From the NCBI GenBank assembly GCA_964426525.1, contig CAYRQL010000004.1, positions 4,720 to 68,719 of the forward strand: 64,000 nt of DNA. Direction: 5' to 3'. This DNA comes from an uncultured Actinomycetota bacterium. Lineage in GTDB: Bacteria; Actinomycetota; Aquicultoria; SKW223; CALKMS01. Both the position numbers and the translations under genes were made by a program. This document shows, one piece after another, positions 19,864-29,069 of the stretch. The notes beneath the pieces were generated by a model. The model was not told the origin of the DNA. It did not search any database and worked only from the letters and a program-made list of their open reading frames with translations. The number at the start of each line of letters is the position of its first letter. Position 1 is the first letter of the stretch.

Positions 19864-21626
19864 GAGAAAAGAAAGTTTTACTTACTGAAAGAACCCACTT
19901 CTGTAACGATTTGCGAGCTTCTGATGCAGGTAAAGAAGTTAAAATTTACGGCTGGGTTCATCGCCGCCGCGATCACGGAGGAGTGATTTTTTTGGACCTC
20001 AGGGATCGCTCTGGCTTGGTTCAAGTTGTTGTGGATAGAGAAAAAAACCAGAGTGAGTTTATCAAGGCAGAAAGGATAAGGCCTGAATTTGTTTTAGAAG
20101 TAGAAGGATTGGTGAGAAAAAGACCAGCTGGAACTGAAAATCCCAATTTGCCTACGGGCGAAATCGAGGTGGAAATTGAAAAACTAACTATACTTTCAGT
20201 TTCTAAAACGCCGCCTTTCGAAATAGAGGAAGATATAAATGTTGATGAAGTAATTCGTCTTAAATATCGCTATCTTGACCTACGGAGGCCTTCAATGACA
20301 GCCAACCTGGTTTTGCGTCACCAGGTAACTACTGAAATTCGAGATTATCTCAATCGTTATCAATTCATCGAAGTTGAAACTCCTTATCTTACTAAGAGCA
20401 CTCCTGAAGGAGCGCGGGACTACCTTGTTCCGGCGCGCCTTAATCCTGGACATTTTTACGCTTTAGCGCAATCTCCTCAGCTTTTCAAGCAAATACTGAT
20501 GGTAGCTGGGATAGAAAGATATTATCAGCTGGCAAGGTGTTTTCGCGACGAAGATTTACGAAAAGACCGTCAGCCGGAACATACCCAGGTGGATATCGAA
20601 ATGTCTTTTGCTAGCAAAGAAGATATTTTTGAACTGATTGAAGGCTTAATGGAGCGAGTCTTTTCGCTTTCCGGGCATAAGATAAGAATTCCTTTCAAAC
20701 GTTTAAGTTTTGAAGAAGCAATGCTGCGTTATGGGACTGACAAGCCAGACCTTCGTTATGGATTAGAAATTTCTGACTTAACCGAAGTTTTTTTTGAAAG
20801 TGATTTTAAAGTTTTTCGTGACATTGCCAATTCAGGCGGGGTTATTCGAGGGTTGAAAGTGGAAGCAAGCTTTTCGCGTAGTCAACTTGATGAGCTGACC
20901 GAGTGGGCAAAAGTTCAAGGTTCGAAGGGGCTAGTTTGGTTGGTCCAGGGGGATGAGCTCAAATCGCCGGTCGCAAAGTTTTTTTCAGAAGTTGAAAAAG
21001 AGGGACTAAAGGAACGACTGGATTTAAAAAAGGGACAGACCGCTTTTTTGATGGCAGGAAATGAACCTGAAGTTGCAAACCTGATGGGTCTTTTGCGGAA
21101 TAAATTAGCCAATGAGCTTGGTTTGGTGAGACCTAACGAATATCAACTGCTATGGGTGACTGATTTTCCATTGCTGGGATATGATGAAGAAAATAAAACT
21201 TATTTTTCTTACCATCATCCTTTTACCCGTCCGAGTGCCGAAACGATGCCATTACTCGATGAGGACCCCCTAAAAGTGAAAGCAGAAGCCTATGACTTAG
21301 TAGTTAACGGAGTTGAGGTTGCTGGTGGAAGTTTGAGGATTTACCAGCCTGAAGTACAAAGAAAGGTTTTTTCTTTGCTTGGTTTAAGTGATGAAGAATC
21401 TCGAAAAAAATTTGGTTTTTTGCTTGAAGCTTTTGAGTATGGGGTGCCGCCACATGGAGGGATTGCTATTGGTCTTGATCGTTTAGTTATGATTTTAGCT
21501 GGTCGAAAAACAATTCGAGACGTGATTGCTTTTCCTAAAACTCAATCAGCCTTCTGCCCTTTAACTGAAGCCCCTGATGAAGTTGATGATACTCAGCTTA
21601 AAGAGCTTCATTTAAAAAAAAGATAA
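19860..21626 (+). CDS. aspS: aspartate--tRNA ligase
   Basis: OB-fold N-terminus, 'QSPQLFKQILM', 'FRDEDLRKDRQPEHTQVDIEMSF', 'GGSLRI', 'HGGIAIGLDR'. Confidence 0.9.
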   Translation: MREKKVLLTERTHFCNDLRASDAGKEVKIYGWVHRRRDHGGVIFLDLRDRSGLVQVVVDREKNQSEFIKAERIRPEFVLEVEGLVRKRPAGTENPNLPTGEIEVEIEKLTILSVSKTPPFEIEEDINVDEVIRLKYRYLDLRRPSMTANLVLRHQVTTEIRDYLNRYQFIEVETPYLTKSTPEGARDYLVPARLNPGHFYALAQSPQLFKQILMVAGIERYYQLARCFRDEDLRKDRQPEHTQVDIEMSFASKEDIFELIEGLMERVFSLSGHKIRIPFKRLSFEEAMLRYGTDKPDLRYGLEISDLTEVFFESDFKVFRDIANSGGVIRGLKVEASFSRSQLDELTEWAKVQGSKGLVWLVQGDELKSPVAKFFSEVEKEGLKERLDLKKGQTAFLMAGNEPEVANLMGLLRNKLANELGLVRPNEYQLLWVTDFPLLGYDEENKTYFSYHHPFTRPSAETMPLLDEDPLKVKAEAYDLVVNGVEVAGGSLRIYQPEVQRKVFSLLGLSDEESRKKFGFLLEAFEYGVPPHGGIAIGLDRLVMILAGRKTIRDVIAFPKTQSAFCPLTEAPDEVDDTQLKELHLKKR

Positions 21627-21811
21627 TTAATTCTGAATAATTCAAGATAAAATTTTTGAGCTCCCTTATTTTATTTTTAGCTTGTTTTTTATAGAGAAAT
21701 TAGTTAGCTGTCAAACACCTTATTAGGTTCGACTACCAACTATCTGCTCTAAGAAACAAGAGCTCGAACCGCCTATTAATAAGAAGTTAAGCCGTCAGTG
21801 TTGATATTTGC

Positions 21812-21840
21812 TTCAAACTACTAAAAAAAAGTGCTAAAAT
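21812..21840 (+). promoter_or_regulatory. sigma-A-like promoter (TTCAAA -17- gTGcTAAAAT, extended -10)
   Basis: Read directly: -35 at 21812-21817, a 17-nt spacer ending in TGc, and -10 TAAAAT at 21835-21840. The predicted TSS is near 21847. Confidence 0.4.
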
Positions 21841-21846
21841 AACAAT

Positions 21847-22050
21847 GATGAAAATTGAATATAGGGCTCTGCCTTGTTCGTGAGATGGAATTTTTACTCG
21901 CTTGAGCCAACAAATCGAGCGAGGGAGCCTGGTCTCCAGTTGCGGAATGAAGCCTCATTTAGAGGAATCAGGAAGTAATTGGGAGGGCACCCACTTATGT
22001 GGGAACGGGTTCAGCTGAGTATTCCGGACACGGCAAGGCGGAGCTCAGAA
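21847..22050 (+). ncRNA. structured 5' leader / candidate cis-regulatory RNA of unknown class
   Basis: A 15-bp long-range helix (21864-21878 with 22032-22046, including 3 G-U pairs) encloses about 150 nt containing at least four local hairpins: ctcgct..agcgag, ggag-cctggt-ctcc, cctc-attta-gagg, cccac-ttat-gtggg. The 3' strand of the helix ends 2 nt before the SD AAGGAGGG (22049-22056) of the downstream lipoprotein gene. No ORF is needed to explain the region. Confidence 0.45.
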
Positions 22051-22059
22051 GGAGGGATA

Positions 22060-22578
22060 GTGAAAGAAAAAGCACTATTAATGGTAGTTTTAATTGGTCT
22101 AGTTATCTTAGCTGGCTGTGGAGGTGGTGGTGCAACTGCTCCAACTGGTACTCCAGCTGTTCCACCTGGAGGAGCAGTAAGTAAAGCGACGGCTACTCCA
22201 GCAGCTATACCTCGACTTGAAGTCCCTCGCGAATATAAAGTTACCGAAAAGACCCCTCAATTTTTTAAGGAGGCAATTGAGAAGAAAACTCCAATTGCGG
22301 TCCTTTTTTACACCTTAGACGATGCCGCTTCCAATTTAGTTCGGACTGAGCTAAAAGAAGCAATTAGCGATCCAAACTATGTTGATAAGATTGTCTATAT
22401 TGCTTTAGATATAAAAGACTATGAGAAGTCAGCAAGGCTGGCAGAAGAGTTTGGTGTTGGTCTCATACCTCATCTTTCTTTTATAAATGCTGAAGGCAAG
22501 GTAGTAAAAGAGTATCGCGGTTACGTTGATAGCTCGGTGATAAAGCAGAATTTATATAATTTATTACAGGAGCAGTAA
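22060..22578 (+). CDS. thioredoxin-fold-like lipoprotein (no CxxC)
   Basis: The GTG start is 4 nt after GGAGGG. The signal peptide 'MKEKALLMVVLIGLVILAGC' carries an LAGC lipobox, followed by a Gly/Pro/Thr linker and a Trx-like alpha/beta domain. The longer ATG-21979 extension reads through the structured leader and I reject it. Confidence 0.6.
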   Translation: MKEKALLMVVLIGLVILAGCGGGGATAPTGTPAVPPGGAVSKATATPAAIPRLEVPREYKVTEKTPQFFKEAIEKKTPIAVLFYTLDDAASNLVRTELKEAISDPNYVDKIVYIALDIKDYEKSARLAEEFGVGLIPHLSFINAEGKVVKEYRGYVDSSVIKQNLYNLLQEQ

Positions 22579-22593
22579 AAGCACCAGAAAAAA

Positions 22594-23415
22594 ATGAAAT
22601 GTGAAAGTTGCGGGTTTCAAAACCCGGAGGATTTTGTTTTTTGCGGGCAATGCGGCAAGCTGATTTCCCCTGGGGAAAAGGGAGATTGGCGAAAATATTG
22701 TATTTACTGTCAGTTTAAAAACAAGTCTAAGCCTGACGGGACAAGCTATTGTGATGGTTGCGAAGGCGAGCCTTTAGAGGCAGCTTCACTCCAGATTAGA
22801 GATCCCTTGAGTCTTGATAGCTCTTCAATTAAAGGGTCAAATAAAACTAGAAAAAAAATTTTTTCAGCTCAAATACGCTGGCCTTTAATATTTTTCTTTT
22901 TTACCCTGTTAGTTTTCGCTATTGCCGTTCTTTCTTTTCGCTGGCTTTCTTTTTCTCAGACGCCGAGCGCGAAGGAAAAGGAGTATTTAAACTTCGCCGA
23001 TCGTTGTATAGATGACTACGATGTAATCGTAAGGCGAATGGGAGAGATAGGTAACCAGGTTTTCCGCCCTGAAGAAGCCGGTTTTGAAGAAAGGAAAACA
23101 AATGCTTTAAGAGAGCTTGAAAAATTAAACAGCGAAGTGGAGAAGGTTTATCGGGAACTGAGATCTCGCTCGGCTCCAGCCGGTTTCGGTGATTTTAAGG
23201 AAAAATTGTTATGGGTATACAAAATTATTTATACAAAAGAGCTACCTGAACTTAAAGAGTTTGTAACCGTTGTTGACCATTCAATTGTGGTTTCTATGAT
23301 GAAAGGAGATTTAAATCGAAGCCCTTTTGAAAAAGCAGTTTTGGTGGGGGAAGACGTTTCTAAAAAAATGGACGAGGTAATAAGATTAAGATATTTAAAA
23401 GGAGTCACCGAGTAG
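22594..23415 (+). CDS. double zinc-ribbon membrane protein (N-terminal Cys4 x2, one TM, extracytoplasmic helical domain)
   Basis: 'CESCGFQNPEDFVFCGQCG' and 'CIYCQ...CDGCEG', then the TM segment 'WPLIFFFFTLLVFAIAVLSF'. This topology resembles anti-sigma / signalling proteins. Confidence 0.5.
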   Translation: MKCESCGFQNPEDFVFCGQCGKLISPGEKGDWRKYCIYCQFKNKSKPDGTSYCDGCEGEPLEAASLQIRDPLSLDSSSIKGSNKTRKKIFSAQIRWPLIFFFFTLLVFAIAVLSFRWLSFSQTPSAKEKEYLNFADRCIDDYDVIVRRMGEIGNQVFRPEEAGFEERKTNALRELEKLNSEVEKVYRELRSRSAPAGFGDFKEKLLWVYKIIYTKELPELKEFVTVVDHSIVVSMMKGDLNRSPFEKAVLVGEDVSKKMDEVIRLRYLKGVTE

Positions 23416-23483
23416 TGAAAAATTTTGCTAAAAAGTTAAAAAAATATTAAAATAAGACGATAGTTTTGGGAGGAGGAGCAAAA

Positions 23484-25607
23484 GTGAAAAAATTGAAGAA
23501 GTTAGTCGCAGTATTAGCAACAATAGCATTGCTAGCCATTATAGCTGGTTGTGCTGCGCCTCAAGTTGAAAAGAAAACACCTCCAGCGGTGACCGAGGAG
23601 CCTGCTAAAGAGTTTTCTCTCTCAGAAATACAAAAGTTTTCCGAAGAGGCTTTAGCTTTAGCTTATGGCGATCCATTCCGGGGTGACCCTTATTTAGCTG
23701 CTCTTGAGCTTATGAAGGCACGCGAAGTTGCAACAGAAGGCCTAAGGGTACAGATAATAACTCCTGAGGACGGTGAAGCGGTAAGTGGTAAGGTAACAGT
23801 TCGTTCAGTTGTGGCAATTGATGGCCCACCTGTTCAAAGTGTTAGTTTTTATGTTGATGGTTATCTTCGAGATACAGTCAACAAACCACCTTATGAATTT
23901 GAATGGGATACGGCTAAAGAGGCTTTTACTTCTCACACCTTAAGGGTAGTGGCATTTGATGGAAAGAGTGAAGCTAGCGATGAAATTACTGTTTATTGTG
24001 CTGTCGATGGAGGAATTGCCCTAGAGGGTGCTGACTATAGCAAAAAGCAAGGATACATTTCTTCAGTAAAATATCTTGACCCCGAAGACAACCGATATGT
24101 GCGGGCGGTGATGGCTAAAGGTAGTTCAGCTACTTCTCTTACTTATGTGTTTTCTCCGCCTCATCCTTTTTCTTATATTCAGGGAAGGCTAACTATAAAT
24201 GGGAAAGTTTTAGCTGGTGATGCTCCTGAAATTTATATTTATAATTGGGGTACTCAAAGGTATGAGCAAGAGATTATTGATTATCGAAGCGGAGAGGAGA
24301 TTGGCTCTGCAGAGGGGAGCGATTTTGGTTTTCCTTATTTTCAACCAGGAAGCAATCAGGTAATAGTAAAAATAGTTGTTCCGGGAGGGTCAACCTATCA
24401 AGTTGAAAGTTTGAATTTAGTCTATAAATATGTAATAGATAAAGTTAAGCCCAATATTGGTGCCACCTTTACTCATGCTTATTTAGATTCAAGCGGTACC
24501 AAAACAAAAGCTCGTTTCATCTTTAACTTATCAGAAGATGCTTTTGTTACTCTCAATCTTTACAAATCAAGCGGAGCAAAGATTGCTTCTTATCGGAAAG
24601 CTTTTGGCTCCGGTTATAACTGGTTTAACTGGGAAGTTCCTCGTGGCTTTTCTGTTTCCAATATAAAGTATCGTTTAACTGCTCAGGATTCAGCTGGCAA
24701 TACCAGTTCCACTTCTCTTAAATCATTTAAACCGCTGGTTCCTGACCCCTATCAGTTTCTTCCCAAAACTACTCCTTTTGGTGTTGAAGGCAAACCGATT
24801 GTTTTGCCTTACAGCAGCGAAACAACAGATACTACTGTTTCAGTTTGGAATTTCATTGCTCATAGCGGTAATGTTCAAAAAGTTACGTACTACGGAGATC
24901 CTGATTACCGAGCAGTTTTAGTTGGGCCATACGAAACCTGGTCTTCAGTTATTTATGCTTTTAAAGCTAAAAAGGTTACGCCATTTAAATATGCTAGCTT
25001 TAAGGCATCTTTCGATATTGAAGAGATATATATGGCTGGCGGCCAGAAACCAATTTTTAAGATTTACAACTATATTACTGGAAAGTATGATTCTGATCTT
25101 TATAACCCAATTTTAGCTCGCGATGCTTTTTCGCCTTTAGCTTCCAGTATTTATGGTGATGCTTGGGCTTCAGGCGGCGAAATACCCTGGTATTATACTG
25201 AACCAGGTACCGGTATAGTAAGAATTAAGTATGAAGTCCCACCGCGTTCAATCGTCTTGATAAAGGATGAATTGAGTTTAAGCTATCGCTGTGTAGCTGA
25301 TAGTGGTGACCCCGGGATCGAGTCGGGCAGTTTGCAAATGAAAGATGCTAAGTCGGGTGATGGTAAGGTTGAATTCCGCTATCACCTTGATGAAGATGCC
25401 TTCGTTACCATCAGAGTAGAGACTGGCTCTGGTAAGTTGATAAAGTCGACCAAGTGGGGTGATAATAAAGGATTTTTCTATCATTACTTCTGGGTTCCCC
25501 CTGAATATTACGGTAAAAAAGGTCGAGTTAAACTTCGTCTCCAGGACCCGGCTGGAAATACTGCTTCAACTGGCTATCGTTACTTTACTTTTCCCAGCAC
25601 ACCATAG
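23484..25607 (+). CDS. large surface lipoprotein with a Big-like Ig domain and two FlgD-Ig-like C-terminal repeats
   Basis: The GTG start is 7 nt after GGGAGGAGG. Lipobox 'LLAIIAGC'. Ig-like domain 'VSFYVDGYLRDTVNKPPYEFEWDT...HTLRVVAFDG'. Two homologous modules: about 24461-24735 and 25327-25604. Confidence 0.6.
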   Translation: MKKLKKLVAVLATIALLAIIAGCAAPQVEKKTPPAVTEEPAKEFSLSEIQKFSEEALALAYGDPFRGDPYLAALELMKAREVATEGLRVQIITPEDGEAVSGKVTVRSVVAIDGPPVQSVSFYVDGYLRDTVNKPPYEFEWDTAKEAFTSHTLRVVAFDGKSEASDEITVYCAVDGGIALEGADYSKKQGYISSVKYLDPEDNRYVRAVMAKGSSATSLTYVFSPPHPFSYIQGRLTINGKVLAGDAPEIYIYNWGTQRYEQEIIDYRSGEEIGSAEGSDFGFPYFQPGSNQVIVKIVVPGGSTYQVESLNLVYKYVIDKVKPNIGATFTHAYLDSSGTKTKARFIFNLSEDAFVTLNLYKSSGAKIASYRKAFGSGYNWFNWEVPRGFSVSNIKYRLTAQDSAGNTSSTSLKSFKPLVPDPYQFLPKTTPFGVEGKPIVLPYSSETTDTTVSVWNFIAHSGNVQKVTYYGDPDYRAVLVGPYETWSSVIYAFKAKKVTPFKYASFKASFDIEEIYMAGGQKPIFKIYNYITGKYDSDLYNPILARDAFSPLASSIYGDAWASGGEIPWYYTEPGTGIVRIKYEVPPRSIVLIKDELSLSYRCVADSGDPGIESGSLQMKDAKSGDGKVEFRYHLDEDAFVTIRVETGSGKLIKSTKWGDNKGFFYHYFWVPPEYYGKKGRVKLRLQDPAGNTASTGYRYFTFPSTP

Positions 25608-25609
25608 TT

Positions 25610-26977
25610 TTGAACCTTTTTGAAGAAGAAAAAAAGAAAGAAAAAGAACTTGAGCCATTAGCTTATCGAATGAGACCTAAGGATTTGGGGGAGTTTTATG
25701 GGCAGGAGGAGGCAGTGGGAGAAGGCTCTCTTTTGCGTCAGGCGATTGAAGATGACAAAATACCTTCTCTTATTTTGTTTGGCCCTCCCGGTTCCGGGAA
25801 AAGTAGTTTAGCTCAAATAATTGCTAAGCAGAGCAAAAAAGCTTGGGAAAGCCTGTCAGCAGTTACTTCTGGTGTTTCAGAAGTAAGAAAGGTTATTGCT
25901 AGAGCCCAACAAAGACTACAAAAGAGCGGTCAACAAACCATTCTGTTTATTGACGAAATTCATCGTTTTAATAAAGCTCAGCAAGCTGCCTTATTGCCAG
26001 CTGTAGAAGATGGAACTATTGTTTTTATTGGATCAACAACTGAAAACCCCTTTTTTGAAGTTATTCCACCGCTTCTTTCGCGCTCCAAGTTAATAGTTTT
26101 CAAGCCTTTAAATGAGGAGGAAATAGGAATGATTATTGATAGAGCATTGGCTGATAAAGAGCGGGGGCTTGGCAGCGCTGAACAAAAAATTACTACTGAA
26201 GCCAAGGAGGCAATAATAAAGCAATCAGGCGGGGATGCCCGGGTGGCTTTAAACACTCTGGAGCTTTCTTTTTTTCTAGCTAAAAAGGCAGGTAAAAAAG
26301 AGGTAGGGCTGGAAGAAGTTAGAAAAGCTCAGCAAGAAAGAGTTTTTTACTTTAGCCGCCAAGGGGATGCTCACTACGATTTGGCATCGGCTTTTATCAA
26401 AAGTATGAGAGGTTCCGACCCTGATGCTGCTTTGTATTATTTAGCTCGAATGATAAAGGCTGGTGAGGACCCAAAGTTTATTGCTCGAAGAATGGTGATT
26501 TTTGCTTCCGAAGATATTGGAAATGCCCAACCTGAAGCACTGGCTATTGCGCTAAGTGCTTTTCAAGCCGTTGAAGTAGTTGGTCTTCCTGAGGCTGCTT
26601 TAAACTTAGCTCAGGCTTGTATTTATCTTACTTGCTCGCCAAAAAGCAACGCTGTTAAAAAAGCTATTGATGCTGCTTTTAAAGCAGTTGAAGATGAAGG
26701 GGAACCGCCGGTTCCTAATCATTTGCGAAGTAGCAGCTATTATGGAGCAAAAAAACTGGGTTTAGGGGCTGGCTACAAATATCCTCACAATTACGAACGA
26801 CACTATGTTGAGCAAGATTATCTTCCGAAGAAAATTCGGTCTCTTCGATTATACCAACCATCTGATATTGGTTTTGAAAAAAAACTAAATGAGTTTTTAT
26901 TTTTTTTGAAGGGGGGTGGCAAAGGTGAGAGTGGAAGAGGTAATGAAAAGACAGGTAGTAACGATTGCTCCCGATGA
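25610..26977 (+). CDS. rarA: replication-associated recombination protein A (AAA+)
   Basis: Walker A 'GPPGSGKSS', '[15 protein letters not shown]', sensor-2 and the MgsA C-terminal domain. The last roughly 25 codons overlap the next gene. Confidence 0.85.
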   Translation: MNLFEEEKKKEKELEPLAYRMRPKDLGEFYGQEEAVGEGSLLRQAIEDDKIPSLILFGPPGSGKSSLAQIIAKQSKKAWESLSAVTSGVSEVRKVIARAQQRLQKSGQQTILFIDEIHRFNKAQQAALLPAVEDGTIVFIGSTTENPFFEVIPPLLSRSKLIVFKPLNEEEIGMIIDRALADKERGLGSAEQKITTEAKEAIIKQSGGDARVALNTLELSFFLAKKAGKKEVGLEEVRKAQQERVFYFSRQGDAHYDLASAFIKSMRGSDPDAALYYLARMIKAGEDPKFIARRMVIFASEDIGNAQPEALAIALSAFQAVEVVGLPEAALNLAQACIYLTCSPKSNAVKKAIDAAFKAVEDEGEPPVPNHLRSSSYYGAKKLGLGAGYKYPHNYERHYVEQDYLPKKIRSLRLYQPSDIGFEKKLNEFLFFLKGGGKGESGRGNEKTGSNDCSR

Positions 26978-27320
26978 AACTTTAGAGAAAGCCTCTGAAC
27001 TTATGAAATCCAATGGAATTCGCTCTTTGGTGGTTATAAATGAAGCACGGGGAGTTATTGGAATCATTACTGATAGTGACTTGGTGCTACGAGGAATGGC
27101 TAAGGGAGATTTTCGGGAAGTAAAGGTCAAAGATGTTATGAGTGCCAATCCAGTAGTTGTGAACTATGACGATGACCTCTTTTATGTGGTTAACCGGATG
27201 AGGCAGGGCAAGTTCCGGCGGCTTCCGGTGGTGAAACAAGGCGAGCTGATTGGCATTGTTTCAATTACCGATATTGCTCCTTTTATGGTAGATTATGTAA
27301 AAAAGTTGACGAGTTATTAA
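26916..27320 (+). CDS. CBS-pair domain protein
   Basis: Two CBS motifs ('VMKRQVVTIAPDETL...', 'VMSANPVVVNYDDDL...GIVSITDI'). Confidence 0.75.
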   Translation: MAKVRVEEVMKRQVVTIAPDETLEKASELMKSNGIRSLVVINEARGVIGIITDSDLVLRGMAKGDFREVKVKDVMSANPVVVNYDDDLFYVVNRMRQGKFRRLPVVKQGELIGIVSITDIAPFMVDYVKKLTSY

Positions 27321-27415
27321 AGCAAAAACCTGAACTTAACAACTTTAAAATCCTGAATTATACTTTATAGGCTTGTTTTACTTTTGGTAATTTTTAATTT
27401 TAGTTTAAAAAAATA

Positions 27416-28894
27416 TTGGGACAAAAGACATTGGAAAAAGAAAGTTATGAGGCAGTAATTGGCTTGGAAATACATGTTGAACTTTCAACGGAAAGTAAAA
27501 TGTTTTGTGCCTGTTCAGCCCGGAGTTTTGGCGCAAAACCCAATACTTATACTTGCCCGGTTTGCCTTGGAATGCCAGGCGTACTTCCAGTTATTAATAA
27601 GCGAGCAGTTGAATATGCGATTTTAATTGCTATTTCTTTAAACTGTTCAATTCCTGAGTTTTGCCAGTTCCATCGTAAGAACTACTTTTATCCCGACATG
27701 CCAAAGAACTACCAAATTTCTCAATATGATTATCCTTTAGGAGTGAGAGGTTGGGTAGAAATTGAAGTAGGTGGAAGGCGGAAAAAGATTGGAATTACCC
27801 GGGTTCATATGGAGGAAGACACAGGAAAGTTGATTCATATAGGAGAAACTGGTCGGATAAGCGAGGCTAATTATAGCCTGGTGGATTTTAATCGAGCGGG
27901 GATACCTTTAATTGAAATTGTTACCGAGCCTGATTTGAGGACGCCAGAAGAAGCCAAGGAGTTTATGAAGTCTTTGCGCAATATCCTGCTTTGCCTTGGT
28001 GTTTCTGACTGCAATATGGAAGAAGGTTCTTTACGCTGCGACGCTAATGTTTCAGTCAGGAAAAAAGGAGAAAATTCGCTGGGAGTAAAGACTGAGATAA
28101 AAAACTTGAACTCTTTTAGGGCTTTACAGAGAGGACTGGAATTTGAGATTGGCAGGCAGATTGAGCTTTTAGAAATGGGAGATGAAGTTGTTCAAGAAAC
28201 TCGTCATTTCGATGCCAATCGCAATATTACTACAACTTTAAGAACTAAAGAAGAAGCACACGATTATCGTTATTTTCCAGACCCGGATCTTGTCCCTTTA
28301 GAAATTGAAGCCGAATGGGTAGAAAAGCTTCGGGCTAACCTTCCTGAACTTCCTTTAGAGAAAAAGGAAAGATTTCAAAAGGATTACGGTTTAGGTCCGC
28401 TTGAAGCTAAGCTTTTAACTGAGGAAAAAGCCTGGGCCGATTATTTTGAGGAAACACACCATCTTTTTCCTCAGCCTAAAGCTATTGCTAATTGGATGCT
28501 TACTGAATTAGCAGCTCTTTTAAACCAGAGCGGTTTGGAAATAGAACAAAGCGCCTTTACCCCTCGTCATTTAGCTGACCTTTTGAGATTGATAGATAAA
28601 AAGGTTATTAGTGGTAAGTTAGCCAAAATGATAATTGAAGAAAGCTTTGAAAGAGGGGTTCTGCCTTCCGTTATCGTGCAAGAAAAAGGATTGGTTCAAA
28701 TAAGTGATGAGACAGAATTAAAAAATTTAGTAGAACAAGTGATAGTTGAAAATTCTCAGGCAGTGGCTGATTATAAAGCGGGAAAGAAGCAAGCTGTTGG
28801 TTTTTTAATTGGGCAGGTAATGAAACTAACTCAAGGGAAAGCAAATCCTCAAGTAGTAATTCGTTTGCTTGAAGAAAGACTAAAGCAGTTTTAG
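27416..28894 (+). CDS. gatB: Asp/Glu-tRNA amidotransferase subunit B
   Basis: '[13 protein letters not shown]', '[12 protein letters not shown]', and the C-terminal YqeY-like domain. Confidence 0.9.
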   Translation: MGQKTLEKESYEAVIGLEIHVELSTESKMFCACSARSFGAKPNTYTCPVCLGMPGVLPVINKRAVEYAILIAISLNCSIPEFCQFHRKNYFYPDMPKNYQISQYDYPLGVRGWVEIEVGGRRKKIGITRVHMEEDTGKLIHIGETGRISEANYSLVDFNRAGIPLIEIVTEPDLRTPEEAKEFMKSLRNILLCLGVSDCNMEEGSLRCDANVSVRKKGENSLGVKTEIKNLNSFRALQRGLEFEIGRQIELLEMGDEVVQETRHFDANRNITTTLRTKEEAHDYRYFPDPDLVPLEIEAEWVEKLRANLPELPLEKKERFQKDYGLGPLEAKLLTEEKAWADYFEETHHLFPQPKAIANWMLTELAALLNQSGLEIEQSAFTPRHLADLLRLIDKKVISGKLAKMIIEESFERGVLPSVIVQEKGLVQISDETELKNLVEQVIVENSQAVADYKAGKKQAVGFLIGQVMKLTQGKANPQVVIRLLEERLKQF

Positions 28895-29015
28895 ATGGTT
28901 TAATTTCTAGTTGAGGCTTAATTTCCTGTTTTGCCCAATGATAGTTTTAGGTGCTCTTAAATGGTGTTGTCCTTGACTGTTTGATATGTTAACATAAATT
29001 AGTTTGTTTTTGTTT

Positions 29016-29042
29016 AAAAGTGGGTAAAACCCACTTTTTTTA
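29016..29042 (+). terminator. intrinsic terminator (aaaagtggg-taaaa-cccactttttttt)
   Basis: A 9-bp stem with a 5-nt loop followed by a U-run, after gatB and just upstream of rimP. Confidence 0.6.
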
Positions 29043-29069
29043 TTCAAAAGTTTGGTTTATTTGATTAAA

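Noticed and set aside
21847-22050. Assignment to a known riboswitch class (TPP, cobalamin, SAM-I, glycine, lysine, FMN, ZTP, Mn, c-di-AMP)
   Set aside because: I compared the conserved cores by eye. CUGAGA and GGGAA-like fragments are present, but the diagnostic partner motifs (ACCUGAUCUGG / CGUAGGGAA, the B12 box, GCAACC, etc.) are absent. Only a covariance-model search can settle this.
21979-22059. In-frame ATG extension of the lipoprotein ORF (MGGHPLMWERV...)
   Set aside because: It reads through the 3' half of the structured leader and lacks an RBS. GTG at 22060 is 4 nt after GGAGGG and begins a canonical lipoprotein signal peptide.
21630-22060. 6S RNA (by analogy with B. subtilis bsrA lying downstream of aspS), SRP RNA, RNase P or tmRNA
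   Set aside because: The fold is multi-branched rather than a long rod with a central bubble, and it runs directly into an SD and start codon with no terminator. There is no RNase P P4 core, no SRP domain-IV motif and no tmRNA tRNA-like end.
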